Shown: piece after piece, positions 1-8,802 of the stretch
Position numbering within the stretch: the stretch's first letter is position 1
Layout of the letters: the number at the start of each line of letters is the position of its first letter
Sequence record: AP017925.1
DNA: 64,000 bases
Reading direction: 5' to 3' (one strand)
Position numbers and translations under genes: made by a program
The notes under the pieces: generated by a model
Database searches by the model: none
Told to the model about the DNA's origin: nothing
The model's input: only the letters and a program-made list of their open reading frames with translations

Positions 1-98
1 GTTTCCAGCGTATAGTTCGCATAGTTACCGTTACCGATTTGTTCACTGGTAGTTTTGCTGCAGCACGGGCAGGTAAAAACTACGGTGTCATAGGACAC
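1..98 (-). CDS. 5' part of a hypothetical protein (runs off the window), N-terminal CPCC motif
   Basis: Manual translation: GTG start at 98 after AAGGA RBS gives MSYDTVVFTCPCCSKTTSEQIGNG...; open to window edge; same strand as neighbours. Confidence 0.6.
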   Translation of the reverse strand, partial: MSYDTVVFTCPCCSKTTSEQIGNGNYANYTLE

Positions 99-109
99 GT
101 TATTCCTTT

Positions 110-460
110 CTAATCTTCGCGATGATAATCAGCAAGCGATTTACGACACTTGCTGCAGAGATAGTACACAGGACCAGCCATTCCTTCGTCGGGATCACGA
201 GTCGGCAGACACTGCTCACCCACAGGGCCGCAGTGATCGCAATCCGTATCGGTCGGATTATCCTTCTGATCCGCCACATGCTTCTCGTGCTTGTCCAAGC
301 ACTCCTGACACATGTCAATGAGTTCGGCTCCCCAACTGTCCGTCTCACCTTGTATCCGAGCAACGGCTGGACGATCGGAATGGTCGTCGCAAGTCATACC
401 CGCAGGCACGGGGTGACGGTGTCCGGGAAGAGTGCTAATCGGTCCAGTAACATCAGCCAT
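110..460 (-). CDS. Cys-rich hypothetical protein, probable Zn-binding
   Basis: ORF 110..466; start at 460 fits AGGAG spacing; CxxH, CxxC, CxxC, CxxC motifs. Confidence 0.75.
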   Translation of the reverse strand: MADVTGPISTLPGHRHPVPAGMTCDDHSDRPAVARIQGETDSWGAELIDMCQECLDKHEKHVADQKDNPTDTDCDHCGPVGEQCLPTRDPDEGMAGPVYYLCSKCRKSLADYHRED

Positions 461-707
461 TATCATCTACTCCTAAGAGTTTGAAATCGGTATTAATAAG
501 GAATCGCTCCTTATCAACTTGTTCAGTTCTGCTCTTGGCCCTAACAACAACCAGCTCGCGAACCGGATAGATGCCTGGGAACGTAGGACTGAGGAGTTCA
601 ATTGGAGGATGCTTAGGCATAACCGCCGGAATCACTACGTTGACGTGCGGGCCATTATCACGCGTCCATTGCCTCAACTCGTCCCAAAGCTTTTTCATAT
701 CAGACAC
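453..707 (-). CDS. hypothetical protein
   Basis: ORF 453..743; GTG at 707 (or ATG at 698) follows AGGAG; overlaps the start of the next minus-strand gene. Confidence 0.6.
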   Translation of the reverse strand: MSDMKKLWDELRQWTRDNGPHVNVVIPAVMPKHPPIELLSPTFPGIYPVRELVVVRAKSRTEQVDKERFLINTDFKLLGVDDNG

Positions 708-762
708 AATGCTCTCCTTTAAACACAATTCTATGCAGTACAACTTTAAGACAGGAGTCTTT

Positions 763-1017
763 ATGAATCTCGAACTCGAACTGATCGATGGCTGGAAAAA
801 GTTCTATGCCATGTACTCGATCTGGTTTTTCGCCATCCTTGGCCTGCTGCCGGACCTGTTCAACCTCGCCATCCAGAATGGTGTGATCACCAGCGCCAGC
901 GCACCCGAACTGCTCACCCGCGCGATCAACGTCATCGCTTTCGTGGGCGCTGCTTCCCGTCTGGTGAAGCAGAAGGTTCTTGCGAGCGAACCGGCTGCGC
1001 AGAACCCTGCCAGCTAA
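763..1017 (+). CDS. putative holin (84 aa, two hydrophobic segments)
   Basis: ATG at 763 after AGGAG; ELIDGWKKFYAMYSIWFF start resembles small phage holin N-termini; two TM-like stretches and a basic tail. Confidence 0.55.
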   Translation: MNLELELIDGWKKFYAMYSIWFFAILGLLPDLFNLAIQNGVITSASAPELLTRAINVIAFVGAASRLVKQKVLASEPAAQNPAS

Positions 1018-1034
1018 AGCTGTTTAGAGCTTGG

Positions 1035-1064
1035 AGCGCTGGGGAAACCCGGCGCTTTATGCTG
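1035..1064. terminator. hairpin + TTATGCTG between convergent genes
   Basis: AGCGCTGGG-GAAA-CCCGGCGCT then TTATGCTG. Confidence 0.75.
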
Positions 1065-1512
1065 TCGAATGCAATTCCTTCGTAGAGAAGGACAGCGGCA
1101 TCAGCATAATCAGAGAGACGGGGTCAGATAAAGGCTGAACTGCATGAACGTCCGGAAGCTTCATCGCGCTAGGTTCGATACGACGAAGTATCAGGTCACT
1201 GACAGCAGGCGGCTTAGGTGGACCTTCAAGCTCAACGAACTTAACGACAACCGTTTCGCGCGGGATGCGCAGGTCGTCCAAGATCTCAGCAAGCGGCTTA
1301 GACATGCTCAGCACGCAGGTGACGATATTGTTCAGCGTCTCCGCCGTATAGGTATCAGAGTGCCAAGCAAGATGAGCCTCCAACTCACTCCGCGACATGC
1401 GTTGTGCAATCTCCAGCCGTTCCTTCAACGAGAGGACTTTTGTTATCGGTTGGGTATAGCCTGGGTAACGCTGGCCGCCTGGAATCCAGCTAAATTCTTT
1501 AAACATTTGCAT
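1057..1512 (-). CDS. hypothetical protein
   Basis: 151-aa ORF in a minus-strand run ending at the hairpin. Confidence 0.7.
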   Translation of the reverse strand: MQMFKEFSWIPGGQRYPGYTQPITKVLSLKERLEIAQRMSRSELEAHLAWHSDTYTAETLNNIVTCVLSMSKPLAEILDDLRIPRETVVVKFVELEGPPKPPAVSDLILRRIEPSAMKLPDVHAVQPLSDPVSLIMLMPLSFSTKELHSTA

Positions 1513-1518
1513 CGCCCT

Positions 1519-1803
1519 CTAGTCTTTATAAGGAGTCTCTTCACGGAACCATAAGTTACCAGATCGTAGTAGAATTACTCGAAAGAAGAGAGAATCTGGA
1601 GTAGAGCCATCACGACGCCGAGGCTGACGCAACATCCAACCAGTACCATTTGGTCGTTTGAGAACTTCTACTGCGTTAAACTCCTTGCATTCGCGCAGAC
1701 CATGTTTGAGTTCGAGCAGTTCGACATCATCGGCCGGAACCATCATTTTCCTAGGGATGTATGCATCAAACACGAACTCTTTCTTCATGGTTAATTCAGC
1801 CAT
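1519..1803 (-). CDS. hypothetical protein
   Basis: ORF 1519..1815; likely start MAELT at 1803; closely spaced with the next gene. Confidence 0.7.
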   Translation of the reverse strand: MAELTMKKEFVFDAYIPRKMMVPADDVELLELKHGLRECKEFNAVEVLKRPNGTGWMLRQPRRRDGSTPDSLFFRVILLRSGNLWFREETPYKD

Positions 1804-1906
1804 ATTTCTCACCATTTTTTACCCATTGAAAGCATGATTTTGAGGAGCGCCAATCGTATGGAGCCCTCGCTCCTAAACAACTTTTTCCATGTGGAGTAGT
1901 AAACAA

Positions 1907-3634
1907 ATGGACGCAAATACGCCTCAAGACGCACAGCCGGTAGCCGACACTGCGCCGGTGGTTGATACCACCGTAGCCGTCGATACCAGCGCCGCCGCTC
2001 CCGCTCCGGACGCTGCTCCTGCAGTCGCTCCGGCACCGGTGACTGTCAACTACACCGACGCCGCCGGCGTGGTGCAAACCTACGTACTGACTGCTGACCA
2101 GTCGCTCGACTCCAACGGTCTGATCCAACCGGGCAATCTGACCCCGGCTGCTGCAGCTCTGGCTGAAGCCCAAGCTGTTGTGAACGCTGAACAAGCTGCT
2201 GCAGCAACTGCCTCTGCTCCTGCTCCGGCTGCAGAAGCCGCAGCCGCGGTGGAGCAACCTGTTGTGGAAGCCGCTCCGGTGGTTGACGCACAAGTGCAAG
2301 CCGCAGACCCGGTCGAAACCCAAGTCGATGCTTCGGCTACTGTTTCTGCCGACGCTGCTCCCGCGGCACCGACCGAACAACCGGTTCAGACTGAAGCTGC
2401 TCCCGTAGCTGCTGAAGTCGCCGCTCCGGTCGCCGATGCGTCGGCAGCAGCCGTGGAACAACCCGCGGCCGAGCAAGCAGCTCCTGTGGCTGAACAACCG
2501 GAAGCTCAGCCGGTTGAACAAGACCAAGCTGCGGCTCCCGCAGCCGAAGTTCCGGCTGCGCCTGTTGCTGACGCTCCAGCGGAAGCAGCTCCGGCTGCGG
2601 AAGTTCAACCTGTCGCTGAAGCTGTCGCTCCCGTTGTGGAACAGCCGGTTGCTGAAGAAGCAGCTGCTCCGCAAGAAACTCAGTCCGTCGCTGCACCGGC
2701 AGCTGAACAAGCTGCTCCGGAAGCTCCGGTCGTTGCTGAACAAGCTCCGACCACCGATGCTCCTGATGCTCCTGATACTCAAGCTGAAGCGGCACCCTTG
2801 GAAGCTGCGCCGGTAGCCGAAGCACAACCGGCAGAAGTCGATCCGGTGCCTGCTGTGGTTGATGCCCAACCGGCAGCTGAAACCCAAGCTGCCGCTCCTG
2901 CTGAAGTTCAAGCAGAAGCGCCTGCCGTTGTTGCTGAAACTCCGGCTGTCGAACAGGCTCCGGTGCAAGCTGATGCTCCGGCCGCTGTTGAAGTTGCTGC
3001 TCCCGCTGTCGACCAACCGGTCGAAGCGGCACCTGTTGCTGATGCTTCCGCAACTGCTGCTGTTGAAACCTCGGTAGCTGCTGAACCGACTCAAGCGCCG
3101 GTTGGCGACACGGGTGCTGACGCGGCTGCGCCGGCTCCCAGCGCTGACGCTGCTCTGGTTGCACCTGCTCCGGAAACTGCTGCCCCTGTGGCAGAAGCTC
3201 AGCCGGTTGTGGAAGAACCCGTAGCCGAAGCCCCGGCTCCGGAGGCTGCTGTTGTTGAACAGCCTGCTGCTGAACCTGCTCCGGCTGCTGACGCATCCGC
3301 AGCTCCCGCTGAACAAGCTCCGGCTCCGGCCGAAGCTCCGGTTGCCGAGCAACCGGCTGTAGCGGTTGATCCCGTTGCTGAAGTTCCGGCCGCACCCGCC
3401 GCTGATGCGCCGGTTGCTCCGGTTGCGGAAACTCCCGCAGCACCGGCGGAAGCCGCTCCTTCCATCGCTGCGCAAGTTGCGGAAGAAGTGAAGGAAGAGG
3501 TCGGTAAGGCCCTCTCCGAAATGATGCATGACCTGAGTGCTTTCGAGCGCGAGACGATTGACCGCGTGGTCAATCTCCTGCGTCGCGTGAAGCCGCATCA
3601 TCGCAAGAAGATCTTCGAACACTTCGGTGGCTAA
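1907..3634 (+). CDS. Ala/Pro/Glu/Val-rich acidic low-complexity protein with short folded termini
   Basis: ATG at 1907 after GGAG; biased GCT/CCG/GAA codon use; helical C-terminus; followed by a hairpin. Confidence 0.9.
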   Translation: MDANTPQDAQPVADTAPVVDTTVAVDTSAAAPAPDAAPAVAPAPVTVNYTDAAGVVQTYVLTADQSLDSNGLIQPGNLTPAAAALAEAQAVVNAEQAAAATASAPAPAAEAAAAVEQPVVEAAPVVDAQVQAADPVETQVDASATVSADAAPAAPTEQPVQTEAAPVAAEVAAPVADASAAAVEQPAAEQAAPVAEQPEAQPVEQDQAAAPAAEVPAAPVADAPAEAAPAAEVQPVAEAVAPVVEQPVAEEAAAPQETQSVAAPAAEQAAPEAPVVAEQAPTTDAPDAPDTQAEAAPLEAAPVAEAQPAEVDPVPAVVDAQPAAETQAAAPAEVQAEAPAVVAETPAVEQAPVQADAPAAVEVAAPAVDQPVEAAPVADASATAAVETSVAAEPTQAPVGDTGADAAAPAPSADAALVAPAPETAAPVAEAQPVVEEPVAEAPAPEAAVVEQPAAEPAPAADASAAPAEQAPAPAEAPVAEQPAVAVDPVAEVPAAPAADAPVAPVAETPAAPAEAAPSIAAQVAEEVKEEVGKALSEMMHDLSAFERETIDRVVNLLRRVKPHHRKKIFEHFGG

Positions 3635-3664
3635 GAAGTAACGAAGAAAAAAGGTTGGTAAACA

Positions 3665-3702
3665 AAGCCTCCACGGTTTCGGCCGTGGAGGCTTTTATGC
3701 CG
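3665..3702. terminator. hairpin + TTATGCCG between convergent genes
   Basis: AAGCCTCCACGG-TTTCGG-CCGTGGAGGCTT then TTATGCCG. Confidence 0.8.
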
Positions 3703-4392
3703 CTAATTAGGACGCCAGCAACTGGCTTTTTTGAATGCAACGCCTCTGGCCTTATGGTCTGCAGCTTTCCGCATAGCTTCACGAAGCATGGACTCGAAGT
3801 TTTCCTCGAAAAACTTGTCCATGTAAGCCTGCATTTGCAGGCTGTTGAACTTGTCCTCCAAGAAGTCACGAATCGTTTGCAGACCCGCTCCGACCACCTT
3901 CTCACCGCCTGTCTCTGCGACAGTCTCTCCGAAGAAAGCTTTGATCTGCGCCTGACATGTCTGGTCGAATGCATCTCGCATAGCCCTTTCAGCTTTCGCC
4001 ATCATATCCTGCGGAGCGAAGCTGATCTGGAAATGAACGTCGCGACTATCAATCTCACGACGATGCTCAGCATCGATGCTATTCATCAGCCACTCAATCA
4101 GAAACGTGCTCCGGTCACGTAACTGATGGATGCTTAGGTGGTTTAGGTAGAAGGAATGAGCTTCACCATCCGGTGCGGGAGAATCGGAGTACGCTTCCGG
4201 ATATTTATCCCGAGGGAACGCTGACTCAAGCATCACCCTAGGCACCAAAGTGCCCAAGCGCATGACCATATCTCCGGTTATCTTCTCGATAGCCGAAGGT
4301 GAGAGTTCATAGCGTTGCCCAACCGCCAGATAAGTTTCCCCGTTGAGAACTTCTCTCGCAATTTTGATATTGCGAAGCACACGCGCACGCAT
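3703..4392 (-). CDS. hypothetical protein with N-terminal helix-turn-helix-like segment
   Basis: RNIKIAREVLNGETYLAVGQRYELSPSAIEKI resembles an HTH pattern. Confidence 0.7.
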   Translation of the reverse strand: MRARVLRNIKIAREVLNGETYLAVGQRYELSPSAIEKITGDMVMRLGTLVPRVMLESAFPRDKYPEAYSDSPAPDGEAHSFYLNHLSIHQLRDRSTFLIEWLMNSIDAEHRREIDSRDVHFQISFAPQDMMAKAERAMRDAFDQTCQAQIKAFFGETVAETGGEKVVGAGLQTIRDFLEDKFNSLQMQAYMDKFFEENFESMLREAMRKAADHKARGVAFKKASCWRPN

Positions 4393-4402
4393 TTCAGTTA
4401 CC

Positions 4403-5173
4403 TCACGAATTCATGGAGGCTTGATTGATAGCCAGAACACGGCCAGGACGCTCAGGAGTCAGTATCTTGTTGACAGCCAAGCGCCAGAAGTGCTTGTAAG
4501 CCTTCACATTCTCGAAACGACGATGGAAGATGCTGAGACTATGGTTAAGCTTTCCGAGTTTGGTGGTGTTCACGATATCCATCACGCGCAGGCAGAGATG
4601 GAACACTTCTGTCAGCTCAGCATCGCTCTTAGCCAGTTCGTTCAATGCGTGGACGTGACGTTCAGCCATGGCATGAACTTCTACCGTGTCGTCCACTGCC
4701 AGCTTGGCATTGTCGGCCATTTCCATGTCAGTGAAATGATGGCCGTAGGTGGCATAGATGTCTTCCAGCAGACCTTTGTGGTACATGACCGGGAAAGCAG
4801 CACGCCACGAACCAGCAGTGTGCAGAGCTTCCAGATAACGCAGAACACTGTGACTCAGCGCCCATTCATCGTCGCTATAAACCAGCATCATTGCCGCTGC
4901 GATATAACGCAGGTCAACAATCACTTCCATGGTCGGGTGATTGATGATCGCCGAAGTTTTGACGAAGCCCAGACCAGAGTGCTGCATGGCCGGCAACAGG
5001 ATTTCATCCGGCAGCTTGAACTTCTCGACCAGCCGCTGGTAGTCTGCCACGCTAGCGTAGCCATCTTCTGCGATGACTTCTTTGATCTCAGCCATCGCTT
5101 GGTCGATGATGGGGTTAGTGCGACGCATTTCATTCGGCTTTTGGTTCTCGATCGAAGTGTTGGTGCGTTTCAT
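4403..5173 (-). CDS. hypothetical protein
   Basis: 256-aa ORF with AAGGA RBS before 5173. Confidence 0.8.
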   Translation of the reverse strand: MKRTNTSIENQKPNEMRRTNPIIDQAMAEIKEVIAEDGYASVADYQRLVEKFKLPDEILLPAMQHSGLGFVKTSAIINHPTMEVIVDLRYIAAAMMLVYSDDEWALSHSVLRYLEALHTAGSWRAAFPVMYHKGLLEDIYATYGHHFTDMEMADNAKLAVDDTVEVHAMAERHVHALNELAKSDAELTEVFHLCLRVMDIVNTTKLGKLNHSLSIFHRRFENVKAYKHFWRLAVNKILTPERPGRVLAINQASMNS

Positions 5174-5202
5174 GCTGCTTTTCCTTTTAGATGTATAGAG
5201 AC

Positions 5203-5238
5203 AGCCACCGGGGTGGTGAACCCGGTGGCTTTATGCTG
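5203..5238. terminator. hairpin flanked by TTATGCTG
   Basis: AGCCACCGGG-GTGGTGAA-CCCGGTGGCT then TTATGCTG. Confidence 0.75.
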
Positions 5239-5239
5239 C

Positions 5240-6607
5240 TTAGCCCTTGAAGCCCAAAACAGCACCACCATTCGAGACACAGATACGCTTACGCGGCTTG
5301 CGCAGCGCTTCAGCCAGCGAGACGTCCTTCACCGGTACGGTTTCGAACTCAGGCAAGCCATTAGCTGCGCGAGCCGCAATAGCTTCCGTCGGAGTCAACA
5401 GACGGCAGTTGACAACGTCGTAGCAACGACCCGGACGCATCAGCGCCGAATCGATATCGGTAGTCTTCGACAGGTTGGTAGTGAAGATGATCTTGCGGGT
5501 ATGGTTCGAACCGATGCCGTCCGTTTCATTCAGCAACTCAGGCATGATCAAGTTGCCTTGGGAACGCGGTGCCAGCAATTGATCGGCGTCTTCCACCACG
5601 ATGATCGGCACACGTACTTCTTCCTCTTCTTCATTTTTCTTCTTCTTCTTCTCAAACAGAGGCTGACCGGCCAAGAACTCCTTGTCTTGGATCAGAGACT
5701 CAGTAAACAAGTCGCTGCGGGCCTTGGCCGAAGTACCGGCGACTTTGGCCATATACTCGTCGCTGCACTTGAACACGAAGTTTACAAAGTCCTTGTCCAG
5801 AATGGCATCAGCCTTCTTGGCATAGATCGGCAGCAGATTGAGCGCATCAACTGCTGCAGACACTGCCGAACTTTTACCAGTGCCAGGAGGCCCCATCAGG
5901 ATCAGCACCGTCTCTTCGGATTCGATGAAGTCTTTCAACAGTGCTTCGACGCCACCGTCCAAGTACGGGTAGTATTCCGGAAGAGCGATGCGTTTGTTGT
6001 CGATCTTGCCAGTGACGCATCTCAGGCCGTCGCCACCGCTCATGATCGACAACATGCCGTGCGAACCACCCTTGACCACTTCTGCATAGGTGGATTTCTT
6101 TTCCACCAGTTCGTCGGTCTTGATGTTCGCTTTGATAACTTCGCGGAATTCGAGCACCAGATGTTCCACACCGCAGAAATCAATCGCGATATTGGAGGAG
6201 TGACTTCCGTCGATATCCAAAAGCATGAGCGGGCGGTTGTAATCATCCAGCAGTATGAAAAGACCGCGGCCGAGACGAATGAAACCTTTCTCTTCGACGT
6301 ACTGGAAGAACCAGGCATCGCTTTCGAAGTAGTGCTCGTTGTTGAGCAAGTTCTTGGTGCTTCCGGAAGCATGCGGAAGACCATTGGCGACGTTGAAAGC
6401 CCGCACCATCCCGCTATCGGTGTTCTTGCTATCCTTGTTTTCGAAGCCATCGCTGTTCATCCAGGAGAACAGTGCATCACCGAACGATTCGAACTTCGAA
6501 TCCAGAGTCTTCACGACAGCCGGGCTAGCCGGAAGCAGGTCGGCGATATGGTCGAGCGCGGACTTGGAGGTCTTGGTGTCAACAGCGTGCAGGGTCGATT
6601 CTTTCAT
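5240..6607 (-). CDS. AAA+ family ATPase
   Basis: Walker A GPPGTGKS, Walker B IIVVEDAD, sensor TTN, SRH-like DSALMRPGR. Confidence 0.9.
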   Translation of the reverse strand: MKESTLHAVDTKTSKSALDHIADLLPASPAVVKTLDSKFESFGDALFSWMNSDGFENKDSKNTDSGMVRAFNVANGLPHASGSTKNLLNNEHYFESDAWFFQYVEEKGFIRLGRGLFILLDDYNRPLMLLDIDGSHSSNIAIDFCGVEHLVLEFREVIKANIKTDELVEKKSTYAEVVKGGSHGMLSIMSGGDGLRCVTGKIDNKRIALPEYYPYLDGGVEALLKDFIESEETVLILMGPPGTGKSSAVSAAVDALNLLPIYAKKADAILDKDFVNFVFKCSDEYMAKVAGTSAKARSDLFTESLIQDKEFLAGQPLFEKKKKKNEEEEEVRVPIIVVEDADQLLAPRSQGNLIMPELLNETDGIGSNHTRKIIFTTNLSKTTDIDSALMRPGRCYDVVNCRLLTPTEAIAARAANGLPEFETVPVKDVSLAEALRKPRKRICVSNGGAVLGFKG

Positions 6608-6679
6608 GATGCTTTCCTTTACTAAAGTACAGTGGTGGTGGTGAAAATAAGGATATTTATCCTATCATTACTCATGCTG

Positions 6680-6687
6680 GTAATATG
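6680..6687 (-). promoter_or_regulatory. possible phage early promoter (CATATTAC, one mismatch to TATATTAC)
   Basis: In AT-rich intergenic DNA about 75 nt upstream of the AAA ATPase. Confidence 0.35.
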
Positions 6688-6709
6688 TTGCTAACGGATT
6701 TTTGAAACC

Positions 6710-6746
6710 AGCATAAAGGCCCGGGTTTCCCCGGGCCGCTTATGAC
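6710..6746. terminator. GCATAA-hairpin-TTATGA element
   Basis: CAGCATAA AGGCCCGGG-TTTC-CCCGGGCC GCTTATGA. Confidence 0.75.
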
Positions 6747-6752
6747 GTCGCA

Positions 6753-7178
6753 TTACTTAACCGCACCTTGCTGAATAATGCCATAATCACGCATGTCTTC
6801 AACCTGCATGATCTCCCACGACTTCAGGAGACGCACGAGAACCCACTCTTCGCCTTTCTTCTCGAACAAGCCATTCTTACACAAGCTTCCATTCAAGTCA
6901 GCTGCGTAGTCCGGGTTTTCATGGATGAGGATGAGTCCATTGGGAAGAATGTTGCGACCCCACTGTTCCCACAACTCTTTCGGCGGAGATGTCGGATGTT
7001 TCTGCTCGTACTCCAACCGCATACTGCAAGTGTTGAAATCACAGAGCATTCCATCGACATGAGCGCAGCTGCCATTCTCTTTGTCCAGATAGACCCGGCA
7101 ATGTTTCACCGGGTCAGTCGGATCACCGCAGAACAGCTTCTTGAAGAAGGTCCCGACTGCTTGTAAGCGACTCATCAT
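6753..7178 (-). CDS. Cys-containing hypothetical protein
   Basis: ATG at 7178 overlaps the upstream stop (ATGA coupling). Confidence 0.7.
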   Translation of the reverse strand: MMSRLQAVGTFFKKLFCGDPTDPVKHCRVYLDKENGSCAHVDGMLCDFNTCSMRLEYEQKHPTSPPKELWEQWGRNILPNGLILIHENPDYAADLNGSLCKNGLFEKKGEEWVLVRLLKSWEIMQVEDMRDYGIIQQGAVK

Positions 7179-7501
7179 GTCACCATCGCATCCAGTTTCT
7201 TCAGATGCAGAATGGCCTCTCTGCACTTAGCGTCCAGAGGAGACAGCTTAGTCGCTGCTTCTTCTGAAAGATCGGACAGATAGGCCCCGTAGGTCAGTTG
7301 GACGTCATGATCGATCATGCCAACCAAATCACGAAGCAGCTGGGCGGTATCACCACTCTTCTCGATCTGATGGAACAAGCCGTCCATGTTTCCCTGCCAT
7401 TGGTCGGTACTGCAAACCTTTAGCGCTACACCTTCGCAGCAGGCTTTCGTCGTACGAAAGCCTGCCAGCTCTAGTAGCGCGAACATCTTTTCGCGCATCA
7501 T
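7175..7501 (-). CDS. hypothetical protein
   Basis: 108-aa ORF between the RNA ligase and the next gene, with tight spacing. Confidence 0.75.
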   Translation of the reverse strand: MMREKMFALLELAGFRTTKACCEGVALKVCSTDQWQGNMDGLFHQIEKSGDTAQLLRDLVGMIDHDVQLTYGAYLSDLSEEAATKLSPLDAKCREAILHLKKLDAMVT

Positions 7502-7504
7502 GGT

Positions 7505-8797
7505 TTATTTCCCTTTCTTCTCCAGCCACTTGTTGGAGATGACCTTGACGCTCTGGCCAGTTACGTGGCTCTTGATCACGAGACCTTCACGGATACCGTT
7601 CGGATCACCGAAAGCTTTGCCATCGGCCATCTTCAGCAGCTCTTTCATGTCTGGTGGCAGCTTCATCCGTTCGGCTTCGAGCGGAATGTACTGCAGACCC
7701 AGCGCTTCGGTTACCAGCTTGGTCTGTTCCGGCAGCAGCCGGCGATTGCCGTTGGCATATGCGCGGTAGACATAGAACTGGTTGTGCTTAAGACGCTCGG
7801 CATTGCCGTTGAAGTCCGGCCCTACCATCTCGCCCTGGATGGCCAACACAGCGCCATTCATGAAGTCGAAGGTATTCGCGCGGTTGAACGATGCGAGCTT
7901 AGTGTCGATCGCATTGCGCTTGAAGAAGGCCACCAACGGCACGGACTGAGCGATATAGCCGCGCTTCCACTGGGGAACAGCGCAACGACCACCAGCCAGT
8001 TTACGAGCGATATAGCGCACCCAATCAGCAGCGTAAACGCGCCACGATTCCTTACGAGTGTACGGAACGTCATCGGTACGCAGCGACCAGTTGCGTTGGG
8101 CAACACCGATAGCACCGGTATCCAGATCGGTGTAGAAGGTAGCCGATTCGCCATCGAGTTTGAACGAGGCTTCAACGTCTTGGTCTTCTGCCACCATTTG
8201 GTTGTAGAGCGCGCTTTGGTTCTGCACACGTTCTTCATCGGACTTGACGTGTCCTGCCGGCCAAGCCTGCAGTCCGTCTGCGACGATACCTTTCTTCAAC
8301 CAGGCGCACAGCTTCCAGATCAGCTTGCGGGTAGTGCTTGCATCGGCAGGCGCCGACTCGCTTTCCAGCTGATACAGTTTGGCTTCTTGCGGTGACACGT
8401 ACTTCAGCACGTCGATCATGTTGGTCACGTTCAAGCCAACATCGCTCTTGTTCGGGATCGTCGCCGGGATATAACTTGCCGGCAGCAGCAGACCCTGAGA
8501 CAGCTGACCGCGCAGGCGCACAGTCTTAACCACTGTCCAATCCTTGCCAGTTGCTTCATCCTTGGTGACCTTCAGGTACTGCTTGTCGAAGCTAGCCAGC
8601 ACCGGGTTGTCCAGCGCAATAGCTGCATCGATTTCGAGGTACAGACCGATGTCGCCTTTGGCAAACGAGCCCTTAGCGATCACGCATTCCCAGCCTTCGA
8701 CCACCGCAACTTCCAGACGATCGGCCTTGGGAATAGGTCGGACGTCATCGACCCGCACGATACGAGCCAGCTTTCGTGTTTCTTCTTTGACTAACAT
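7505..8797 (-). CDS. ATP-dependent RNA ligase, Rnl2/DRB0094-like, with N-terminal OB-fold tRNA-binding-like domain
   Basis: Motif I KLDGES, III QGEMVGP, IIIa FYVY, IV EGLVIK, V KVIS; N-terminus VRPIPKADRLEVAVVEGWECV typical of this family. Confidence 0.9.
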   Translation of the reverse strand: MLVKEETRKLARIVRVDDVRPIPKADRLEVAVVEGWECVIAKGSFAKGDIGLYLEIDAAIALDNPVLASFDKQYLKVTKDEATGKDWTVVKTVRLRGQLSQGLLLPASYIPATIPNKSDVGLNVTNMIDVLKYVSPQEAKLYQLESESAPADASTTRKLIWKLCAWLKKGIVADGLQAWPAGHVKSDEERVQNQSALYNQMVAEDQDVEASFKLDGESATFYTDLDTGAIGVAQRNWSLRTDDVPYTRKESWRVYAADWVRYIARKLAGGRCAVPQWKRGYIAQSVPLVAFFKRNAIDTKLASFNRANTFDFMNGAVLAIQGEMVGPDFNGNAERLKHNQFYVYRAYANGNRRLLPEQTKLVTEALGLQYIPLEAERMKLPPDMKELLKMADGKAFGDPNGIREGLVIKSHVTGQSVKVISNKWLEKKGK

Positions 8798-8802
8798 GGT
8801 TC

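Noticed and set aside
1950-3460. Repetitive DNA as a possible CRISPR or tandem repeat array
   Set aside because: Repeats are degenerate codon-level echoes of AP/AE/VAE peptides, with no constant repeat and unique spacer structure.
1796-3622. Long minus-strand ORFs (608, 368 aa) and alternative + frames over the Ala/Pro-rich gene
   Set aside because: Shadow frames caused by low-complexity GCT/CCG codon bias; Ser/Arg-rich nonsense translation and no RBS.
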